Shown piece by piece: positions 40,001-52,000 of a stretch of 64,000 nt of DNA (position 1 is its first letter; each line of letters begins with the position of its first letter). The notes under the pieces are model-generated. The model worked only from the letters and a program-made list of their open reading frames with translations, ran no database searches and had not been told where the DNA came from. The stretch covers positions 49,290,001 to 49,354,000 of the forward strand of contig OZ286460.1 of NCBI GenBank assembly GCA_965644265.1. The letters run 5' to 3'. The stretch comes from Glycera tridactyla (lineage: Eukaryota). Both the position numbers and the translations under genes were made by a program.

Positions 40001-43000
40001 CTGTGTGCTCTGGTTGTGGTAGATATCAGTGATGAGTGCTCTGGGGAAGAAAATATGACATCTAGTAAATGACCTGCAGTGACCTTGACCTTTGACCTAA
40101 ACCATAGGTCAAACAAATTCTTCTTCTCAGAAAGATCAAGAAGTGAAGTTAAACTTGAGATATCACCAGGCAACCACTCGGTCCACAGGCAGACTGGGTG
40201 ATTCAGGTATAACTCCTCACCTTGTTACAGGGGAGGGGGGGATCTTTCATACCAAATATCACATCTTGGGGAGATTCATGACTCATCGAGTGATAGAACC
40301 CATTGAAGAGATCTGTTGGAGGTATTTTCTTTTCACCATGACACTCATATCAATGTTGTCATGGTAACCAAATATGGACCATGATATCTTCAGTTCCCAA
40401 TGAAATCAATACTGTAGAACATCATCTATAAAATCTCGATGTTTTTTCATCTCAATTCAGATAAACTCATGTTTTGACTATCTTTATCTAATGTTTGCGA
40501 TTTTTTGCATCTTCACCAAAACAGTGAAAACTCTCCTAAAAGACTACTTGCCATTAAGTGAGAAAAATGTCTGTGAATGCAGCTGCTCAAGACAGGCATC
40601 ACTCTTTTGAGACGGAATCTTGCACAAGGTTCAACTGCATTTTCATGCGAAGCTCTCACATTCACTCAGAACAATCCAGTTGAGATGATGGGCCATAGTA
40701 CTCCTGCACAAATATTTTCAGTTTGACTATTTAGTCGACTCTTTGTTACTTTTCAACCATTCAACATGCAAGCTACTGCCAATGCATGGTACCGAACACT
40801 TCATAAGGAAGCAGTCTGTATGAAAAGCCTTTTCAGCCACTGTCCAATTGGCAGACCAGGCTTGAAGACTCACTCCTGCAAATATTTGCATGTTCAGAAA
40901 GGAAAACAAGTTCAAATCAGGCTCTTGAGAGCAAGACATTTGTGTGGGTACATGTCTTATCAAGATGTGAATTCCAACATATCTGTCATGTGAGTGACTA
41001 CCTAGGTAACACCAACCCATGTTTTGCTGAGGTTTGTTCTCCAGAATGACACATGTGCATGTATGTGCAAAGTTAACCCATAGAGGTTAGTTACTTGCTA
41101 GTGGAGTGGAATTTGTGGTGTTTTGTCATCAAAGTAAATTCATCACTTTCTGGTCAACGGAACAAAAGAAAATTCACTCTCTCATCAGGAGAGTGATTTT
41201 GGTTGTTTTGCTCTTTAGAAACCCAATTCACTCTCCCCGAAATTCTGAAGAGTTGCTTAATATGAAGACTGAGAAAAGGTTGCAGCCCCCATAGCACACA
41301 GAACAGTAGTTGATGCATGAGATCATATACCGCTATACAGTAACATATGAATTAATTGTATATATGATCCATATTAATCGTTGAAAGAAATATATATTGA
41401 CAGTCTCACTGTTGAGAAATTCAGTGAATATAGCTTTTCACTGAGCGTTGGCTGTCCGAAGTACTGTATGACTGCTGTATCAATACAGCAAACATGACCA
41501 TATCCATAATGGATATTTGTAATAGCTAATTTTATCTTACGTTTACATGATTTTTGGCTACAAATGATATACAACTCACTACTATCAAGAAACACCTGCT
41601 GTAGGGAAAGAATTTTATGAATACGCCTGAAATGATAGGAGGTTTAGTAATGCTAGCATACCTTGTCCTATGAACAATGCAAAAAAATGCAATTTCTCTA
41701 TGCTAATCAAAATCACTGCCTAACATGCCTTGTTAGAATTGTGCATGACTACTTTTGGAAGCATGACTCAATTCTCGAACCAAAGAAGCATTGATGGGTA
41801 TTTCACCACATTATATGCTGTTGAATCCATTGGACAGACATGCATGAGATATCCAACAAAATATGTCATGTTGTCAATGGTGAGCCGTGGTACAAAAGAA
41901 AGGACCAGTTGTTTTGGAATAAAATCTTTTCCAGAATGCCACACAGAATCCTCAGGCTTTGGAGGATCAAATGGCACTGATTTTATTCGAAACAACCGCC
42001 CCTTACTCTGAATTGTCCAATATTCAATTTTCACTGCGGATGATAGATCAGTGGATTATGGAACTGAATATCACCAAAAAGAATATCAAATATGTACAGT
42101 CAGTTATGTGGCATGGGAGCAAGAAACTAATGATGCGTGATATCCATACAATACCAAACCTAGTGAGATAGATCCTAAATGCTCTGATAGAGCCAAATTC
42201 ACATCCCTAAAAGTACACTTAGAATTCAGTAGGTACCAAGGTCTAAAAGTCTCTATGGGGAATTATCACAGCAAAAAGTGTCTACTCTCATTTCATGAGC
42301 ATCTATACATGAATTCTTCAGGCCCCAAGGAATCTCAGCACTTGTAGTTCAACTAAAGTCTGTCAAATTCAAATTTGATCTGTATTTTCCTCATGCTATC
42401 TTCGTCATTTATCATCTGATTGAAGTTCCAATGGCTTAGCTGGCTTTTGTGAAACAGGTTATATTGAATTGTCCTCTCTTTGAGGAAGATTTACACACAT
42501 TTCGTTCTATTCATCGCAAGATCTGCTAACATTTTCAGCCAGCAATAGCATATGAAATCTCAGTGATACCCCACTGAATAGAAAATGCATGCAAAATTAC
42601 ATATTTGACATCAGATTATTTAAACATGTCTCAAAATCTCCCAAAATTTCTAAGAGATGTCAAATAGAGCATATTTGACTTTCATTCCGACCCAAATCAG
42701 ATTGCCAATGGACAAGTGAGTAGGACATCCTATCAATTATTAACCTAGCAGACTTTGGTACAGTTTAGAAATCACTTGCATCATGTTCTCTTGCAGAAAT
42801 GCAACATATTTTTGGACACCAAGTGCACCACCTACTGCTGATCAAAACAAGGTCATGTCTCAACACATCACCGGATGTTCTGACCAAGATGATTTATTTA
42901 CCTGGCTTGGCACCTGCTTTGGCAGGCTCTTCAGCTGTAAACATTCAGTTTTGTGACAATTGACGAGGCAAGTATATTAAGGGACTCTACCTATTTACTG

Positions 43001-46000
43001 CCGCTTACATGGAAAAAATGTGATATGTTGTTTTGCAGTTGCCTCGCCACCTAACAAAACACATGCACAAGCTGGAATGCCATCTATAGGACTGTCATAT
43101 CATAGCGCTTACTCCATCACACACCAGGTGGCAGTTAACAAGATGCAACCAAGCATCATCCAGGTGGCAAACACACTGGTACCAGTCTAATACAGGCAAA
43201 TTGTACTGGTACCAGCTTTCTAGTCATGTGGATCACCTTGTCCTTCCGGGATGATCACATCACGTCCTGGTAAACCTGTTCTTCGGCAAACCATATAGTC
43301 CACTATAAGCACCTGCAAAAACGCGGTCCATGCCTCCCATTCTGATCTTAGTTCTGGCAATATCAGAGGCCTTGGTGGTTTATCTGGAAAATGGCTAACT
43401 CTGTGTCAACATTGTTTTACGATACAGATAAAAATCACCTCTGAAAATCAAGCAAAGAAATCAGTCTTCAAATAAAAAAAACTACAATACAGTCAGCTCA
43501 GAGAAAAAGAGATTCATGTACAGCTCCCTGGGGACTTTCTAATAGTGCGAGGAATATAGCATGCATAACAAACACTACAATTCCGTTTAGGAATAGTTCA
43601 AATCCTGCAAAATACAGATTTATTATGCAAAAGTCGCAAATCCTACTGAATAAAATTGCAACCATGGAGGCCTCTTCTGATTTTACTCAAAATCTACAAT
43701 ACAATGTGATGGCCATTTTATAATCAGCCACTCATATTTCCCTCATGAGGGCCTGTTCATGATCATATATTCTGCACACACACAAATTTGAATACTATAT
43801 GTTTTTTTTTATCAAGGTGATTAATCCTGCTGGGAGATCTGACTGGCCTAGTACAGTGCTGTTACATCTTCACTTCAGAGCAAGTCAGTCTCAATCAAAT
43901 TTCCGAGTGCATCAAGGTCTTTCCGAAGTGCACAGAATATAGGATAATGTTCCCTCATTACAAGAGAGAAGGCCTGTCATGGCACATGCTTCGATGATAA
44001 TGAACAAGGGCTCGGCAATGTCATATGTACAATTGAGTTCATGTGATTATCTTGGGTTTCTCTCCATTAAAAAATATTGCTACTTACCAACGGATTCTAA
44101 TCCTGTATAGACAAGCGTAGAATTGAACATACGGACAGCCACATCTTCCAACTCGTGATTATCCACGGCTAGGAGTGAGTGCTTGAACGGAAGTCGGCTG
44201 AACGTCCAGTAAGGCCCACGAAGGTCCACCTCTTCTTCGCCCCGGTCTGGCCCACAACCCCGCCCGCTTAATCTACAAAACCACATCCGATATCTGCTGA
44301 TGTTGGGAATTCCCCTCTCTGCATCTACTACAGCTACCCACAGGGAATGGTGATCTCACCTCTCATACAACTGTGTGCCATGTACTGCACCATGCAAAAT
44401 GAAAGCGAATATTCAACATTGATCAATCACCATCACATTTTATTCTATTACGAGTTGATTTTATCAGAAAAAGATTGCTCTGGAAGTTCATCTCTTAAGA
44501 CTCTTTGTATATTGTCAATGAAGAGCTTCGTAATTGGGTCAAATTATCTTGCTTGCCTAACTCCAAGACATATGTTTATTTGGTGATCAGATGATCATAA
44601 GAACCTTTCTGACTGAAAACGTTCATATATCAGATGAACCCAATGAATTTAGGATGAACATAATTTCCTCCAAATGAAGTATTACATATCCAATGAGCAG
44701 GAATTACTCACAATGTTGATTGTCAATTAAGTGTGAGAAGACCAAGCAAGATTCACATACCGATGAATATTATAGACAAATTTGAAGTGGATAAAACAGA
44801 AAGTTGGCAGTGGCTATCAATAGCAGTATTTCATCATCATCGTCACTGCTGCCATCACCTGTATCATCACAGTCATTATCACTACTGTCATTTTCATAAT
44901 TTTCACAAAAACTTTTTTCAGCCACTCCACATCCAGAATGATTGGGAGAAACACCCTCCAGAAAATCAACTCATTCTCCAGAATTTGTTCTACAGATAAG
45001 TACGAGCTGGAACTTGGCTATCTTGATTGCAAGATATTTGTGTGAATAATAATAATTAAGATGTGAATTCCAACTTGTTGGTGTCATGTGAGTGACTAAC
45101 TGTGTCCCTCAGACCCCAATACAGTAAAACCTGTCTTGGGAGACTGCCCCAAATGCCAATGAAAAGTGGTCTCTCAAGACAGGTGGTCTCTCATTGGAGC
45201 TATATTTGACAATGTCAAATAGAGAAGAGCCAATAAAGAGCGGTCTCCCATTAGAGGGTGGTCTCCCAAAAGAGGGGTCTCCCAAGACAGGTTTCACTGT
45301 ATTGCCAATGGTTTTTCTTCAGAATCAAAAAAAGCTTCCTTATAGCAGATAAGGTTTGCTGTTATTGGAGTCAAAGTGGTGACATTCTGGATTGCTATTT
45401 TGCACTCTCCCCACATCAGATTCACTTCACCTGGGATTTGGGAACATGGCTAAATTTGAAGACTGTTGTTATTTTATGAGATCATGAGTCCATTCAAAAA
45501 CTGCAATAGGTATTGCTGTCATCAACAGCAGCGGTGAAGATCAACTGCTGCAGGTAACTGTTTCAGATCCAAGTACAACTTAACTTAAATACATTGAAAC
45601 TGGGTGTATCCGATTGCACTGGTTGAATGGCGACACTAGGTGGTGTAAAGATTGATTATCTTGATCAGAATATTACCACTTTACAATGTGCATCAGGAGG
45701 AATCAAGAACCGTGTAAATATGTACAACTTGTTCACAAATGTTTAGTCATGTTATCTAGGTAAGATTGGCACTTTCATACTAATGGCGGCGTGGCCTGCA
45801 TCAGCTTGTAATATGTCTTTTGCCTAATAAAGCTTTGAAAACATTGCTCACAATGTATTGGTGGAGTATAGCATGGCAGCACAGCTGTATGGGGTGAGGA
45901 AGTGCACTAGATAAGACAATACACAATGTATTGATAACTACAAAGTTTGACACGGTAATACACATACTGGGGTATTGCAATATCTTCCGATCCACACCAT

Positions 46001-49000
46001 CATATTGCAATATATATTTTGCATACCAGACCCATCCAAGAAATCCCGATGAGCAAAAATATCTTGTTGCTCCGTCACATTGTTGGTTCCTTTTGAAAGT
46101 CCATTTCCGGAATCGCGCATATGAGAATGAAAACCAAAAGCATCATTTTTTCAACTCTTTGAACCCATGAAATAGAGAATATGTCACCAGCTCAGCCTAT
46201 CTGATAATCTTACCATACCATACTGTGAGTTTTACAGTAATATCATAAATCCTAACAAATTTTTGAGTTCACATGACTTCAATGGTTATAAGGTGTTGAG
46301 CTTGTTTGAGGGATGGGTCCTGTGAACTGCTACTTGGGGAAACCTCTGATGAGGGACCATTGGTGAAAGACCAAGCTCTGGTGGGAGTTACTTCATCAAG
46401 AAAGCTTCTCTCTTTGATATAGTCAAAAATACCTTTGATGAGGGACCAATTCTTTCGAAAGACAGCTTTTTGTGCAACGATAGGGTGCTGTCCCATATTG
46501 CATGTCACACTTAAATTATGGATGTACCTCCGTAAATATTATTTAATTTTCACTGGACCAACAGAAGTTGATCAGATTAGGTCTTTCAAAGAAAAAAACA
46601 CAGCAATAAACATTCTTATTCTCCCTGAAAACTGGTTGAAAATGAGGACAATAGCTATGGATCATGTTCAAAAGTTCAAATGTTTTCAAAGTTCTATATG
46701 TGTTCACTCTCAAGACATTTCCAGCAGGTATACTTTCAGTTGAGTGTGGGACTAAGTTGAGTTCAGTCAGATATATCCAAATACAGGAGAATCAAGCCAG
46801 ACCTGGATATCTGCATGCGCATCTGTGGTTTGCTGAAGCTGAGAGTAACAAGAGAATACATAATTATACCACAGATTAATATCATTTTACGGGAATTTGA
46901 TGTATGACTGGCATACTCTATGCCCTGGAATGCACAGAGTAGCAACCAAAATCTTTGGCCTGAGTTGATTCCTATGTTTTTGATTCATATTTTGCGCAGG
47001 AATCTGTCAGAAACATCAAGATGAAGTCCATCAGATGGAAATACGACTGATTTTTCCTGCCTCATATTCATGAGGATATTGTGGACATTCCATCACATTG
47101 ACTATTTCACAATTTCATTTACCTCGATAAGGTCGAGAGATTCAATGGGAAATGCGATGGAATTGTACGAAATCCTCATCTAAGGGTGGGCTGGGAGGTG
47201 GAAGTTGTGTGAGCAAAAATCCTATTTCAATACATATAAAAATTGGGTGCTTTGCAGTCTTAAATCTACTCCCATGTTTACAATAGCATCCCTCCAGGTT
47301 CGTTCTGGCATCAGACTCTTGTAGTTCTCTTGTTAGCAGCCAGTCAGTGACATGCAAGAATGAATGAAGCCGTGATTTTCAACGCTATCAATTGTCAAAT
47401 ACTCATTCACATCAGGAAGAAGCAGAATGCAAGTGGAACTACTCTGCTCAGTGACCAGCACATGAAGTATTCTTCTATTGAGGGAATAGCACAGACAATA
47501 AAAATCAGTATGATGAGCATGTCATCACCAGGAAAGTATTCCACCACCTGAAATTTTATTTATACTGCAAAATGTCTACAAAAGTTATGACAAATTGCCT
47601 CCTAAAATCACAATTTGAACAAACATTGTTCAGCATGTCTACGATGAAGAAAGGTAGATTTTGATGCATGGACAATGTGAGTATTTCCAGTGGTCAAAGC
47701 TAAAAAGCAAACTCATGAGTCAATGTTTAAAATATTCCATGGAATCTTTCACAAAAATTACAACGACCCTTAAAAGACTTTCTGCTATATATGTATTCTT
47801 ATTCAAAATTGGTCATTTTTCTACAGGGGCCAAGTTGAAAGTGCATCTACCAGGGTTTGCTATTGTGCAATTTCTCTCTATATAGAATGGTACAGAACAG
47901 TTTGCCAGAAATTCCATCCACCTACTTTTTGAGCGCGGATTTGATGATGCCCATGTTCTGATCAGATGGTCGATTTATAAGCCCACTTTGTACAAGAACG
48001 CTACGATGTGCAAGAATATCATCATACAGTCGGATCCAGTCCTGCCCATGGGCCTTCAACTGCAAGCACAGATATACATGAGCATCCCAGAGAAAACACA
48101 TCTGCCCAAGTCAATCTTGGCAACGAAAAACATAAATAGAATGTGACGATACTCTATTGATTGCTACATCAAATTGCATGTCCAATAGCCAGTTTACTCA
48201 TTTTATGCACTTCAAGTGAGGCAAGACCCCAAGACCCTTAGACGTATATACTGAAAATAATTGTGGCTATATATTCACTTTCCTACATGCATGTTATTCT
48301 TCTTGGACACATATAAAAATATACAACATATATTACAGTATCGGTTCATAGAAATATATGTGGTTACTGAAGCAGCAGAGCTCTGATCAAAGTAGGTTTA
48401 TTGGTTGATGACACATCTGTTGAGATTAGTTCTTTTATCAATCTTGCCACAGTGATATCTGAGACAGGGACGCCCTGGCAAGAGATCATCCCTGAGGGGA
48501 GACCACTTCTCCAGGACTTGAATAGTTATTGGAAGTAAACCAGAATGCGCTTTCAGCATATCCAGTTCAGTTGATGGACACTGATATTTGACCAATTATT
48601 TACCTAATTTATTGTGAAGCAAAGAATCCTGATCCCTAATACAGATTTGACAAATGTTAGCCTGATCAGGAGAGACAGGATAACACTGCACTTATCCAGC
48701 AAAATGGCCACATCAGCCGAGCTGTGAACAACTGCAGCAAAGTTGGGCAGGTCATCAGGGAAATATCAGTTTGGGGTTTCGGTCACTTTAGATCTCAGAC
48801 CCCTGAAGAAGGGAGACCTGGTGGCCAAGCCAAGATTGAAGGAATCTTGACTCTTGTCCAACCTCAGCTACAGCTCCTGGAAGACAGCCAGTGAATATAT
48901 GCAGATAAATATCCCCTTTTAAGGAGAGTATAAACTTGAGAGCCCAGTGAGTATTGGACACTCCCTTGTTAGCCAAGGTTCCATGGTGATACCGTATACT

Positions 49001-52000
49001 GCCATATACACGCCCATACCTAATTAGATGTGCACCCTGTGATTCATATTAATGAATAATCAACGAACAGGCGACTATCGTCAATTCATGAGTGCATTCA
49101 TAGCTCATTGACGTGTGGGTGCATGAGGATGACCAGGATACGTACACATCGCTGTCTTGCTAGCACACATGTAGAGATCGATTCCTTCTCAGATTTGCTT
49201 CCAATTAGATGCGCACAGTACTTGATCATGCTTTCGCATATTCGGTGATATACGGTGATAGTAGCTGAGAGACTCACCTTCATCTGAACGCTATCCTTTG
49301 TCATATCCCAGTTGGTTAGATGAGCAGCATGCTGCTTGATTAAACCAGAGAACTCCTCCAGATCCAACACCTCAAACACATAACACTTTTGTTGATTTAT
49401 ACAAGAGTTTTTGAGCTGCAGGATTAATTGTTCCCGATCAAAGTCAACATGAATGGACTCCATGTCTTGGAACTGATAATCGTAAGTGATTGTCTTTTCC
49501 TGAATACTGATAAACTTGATGGACTGTTGATTGAGGGCAAGAATGAATTCTATCCCATAATGCCACAATCCCTGCAAATAAGAAAAGAGGGCAATTACAT
49601 TTTGGTAATTTCAAGTTTCACATGACATTGGCTTCTCTGGAACCCATTTGTGTATGTCCCTGTCAAAAAAATATTTGATAAATGAATGAATAGATAAATA
49701 AATTTTGAGCATGCAATACATGCTCATCATCAGAAACTGAAATTAAATTTATGTTATGCTATGTCACCTATATTTGGATTCAGTTTTTCTATGTTCACTG
49801 CAGAAAGTGAGATTGAAAGAATGTATTAAATGAAGTTAAAGTCTGTGTATAGTTTTCAAATAAGCTCCAGTGTAGTCAGATTTTGATGGCCATGCAGGTG
49901 TTTTTGTATATTTTTGTATTGATTCTGTTCAAAAGCCTGGGTCCATTACACAGTTTGTAGAGTTCCATATGTTGAAGAAAACATGTGACAAAACTTCATA
50001 CATCATATAGTGACCAATTGAAATAATATTGAAGAGAAGAATGGTCACAAAGTGATGTATCAACAATGTTCATCCTCCTTATATTGAACAATGTGTAAAC
50101 CTGAATACCTACCTTATAGTGAGCAAAAAAGCGTACGCAGCCATAGACGGGAAACTGTGAGATCAAAGCGAGGTACTTCCTTTTGCATTCTAATTCACCT
50201 TTTATATTCCCAACACGCTGCAAAGATAATCATAAGATGATATGATATACATGAACACCAGACATAGAATCATGGAAAATCTAGGGACACAAGCTATTTG
50301 GTCATAAAATGCATTGCAATAATAATTTGACTCAGAAACACAATTAGATCGTGGTCAGTCCCTGCAGTCTGTGTACACATCTCCAATTGGATTATGAGCA
50401 ACTTCTCATGTTGATTTTTGTCTGCAGACATAGATAATTGCACATCCAGATGAACAGCGAGAAATCAAGAAGCATTCATGCAATCATTCATGAAGAGATC
50501 TACCTCCAGTACATTACCAATTGCATTCAACAGTGTGCTGGCCATGCAACTTCCAAAAATTTGATACAAGATAGACAGACAGACAGACTGACCGATGGAT
50601 GGACAGACAGACAGACAGACAGTATAGACAGTAAGACAGTAAGACAGTAAGACAACAACTTTATTTTAACAGGCGGAATACAGTAATGGGTGATAAGATA
50701 CAGGTGGTACATAGTATACATAATTGTAGTAAAATGTAAGAATGCAATACTGAACCCACCTTGTGTGCAATGGCAATTTCTGTACTCCAATCTATAGCTG
50801 AATCACTGGCAATTATTCTTTGGCACAAATATTCATCTGTATCAACATACCTGCAATGAAGAAAACTCTATGTATCATACTGTATATATAAATTGTGTAT
50901 ATATACCTTGTATCATATTTCATGCATTGAACAAGTTCGTATTCTATTTGTCTCGCTGGCTGGTCTACAGACAAAACTATGTGATGACTTGGATTGTATA
51001 CAGTGAAATTGATGACGAAACCCCCAAACAGAGACCACCTTGGACAGGAGATCACTTGTGCTTGGCAGCATTTCCACTGTCTATATTTGAGCAGATAAGC
51101 ACCATATGTACATCTCGATAAAGATTGGAACATTTCACAAAAATGCAGCTATACGTGCGACCACCAGTTAAGTCAAGTCCGTTATGCAGCAGTTGTCAGG
51201 GAATAGTGCAATCCATACATTGAAGAGCTGAGGAACTGCTGTTACTGTCATTTATCATATGCTATGACCTTGTATCTATCACTAGTGGCCCTTTATCCAG
51301 CTATGAGATAGGGTGGACAGTATCCTCAAGTTCACACAGTATTCCCAACTTTGTATATTCTTGTGGATTCTCCCTGCAGTCCGGTTGTCATTATCCGGCA
51401 GCTATGGACTGGATGAGTGAACCTGATGTGACTTTGGCCACACAGATGACAAGATGGCTGCCAAAACAGTACAACAACCAGTCAAATTAGAACATGTTTT
51501 CTTCTCAGAAAGACAAAATGGTGTCTTGGAAATCATCTTTTTGAGAAATAGCATGTGCACAATTGTCTGGGAGACCAACTACGTGGTTCAATCCTCAGCA
51601 TCTACAGTGACCCGAACTTGAATGATAATGTGGCCAGCTTCCCTGACTTGTGAAGGAGTGTAATCAACCCAAATTTAAATAAATGGAAGTAGTATCCAAA
51701 GTAATAGTTGCACGGCCATATACTATGATGAGCTTCTCTGCCAGGTCTGGAGGTGCTACTTGTGGTGGAATAGAGAAACCATGACTAATACCTATGCTTT
51801 TTCTCCTCGTCATAATCTCCATGTAGAACCTGAGCCTGCAGGCCTGCCAGGAGAAGAGCAGCAGGTACTGGGGCAGAATATTCATCAGCCTACAGAACAG
51901 AGATGGATATATCAATCACAAGCTTATGATAATTGTTCTGTCCCAGCTATCTCAATTCTGAATTGGCTGTACTCAGAACACATTGACATGGTCACAAATG

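Noticed and set aside
39112-40040. CRISPR-like array
   Set aside because: Head-to-tail units with no unique spacers, eukaryotic intron, no cas genes.
43240-43384. Open frame DKPPRPLILPELRSEW... after an acceptor-like site
   Set aside because: Weak donors, not needed for the frame, no domain similarity.
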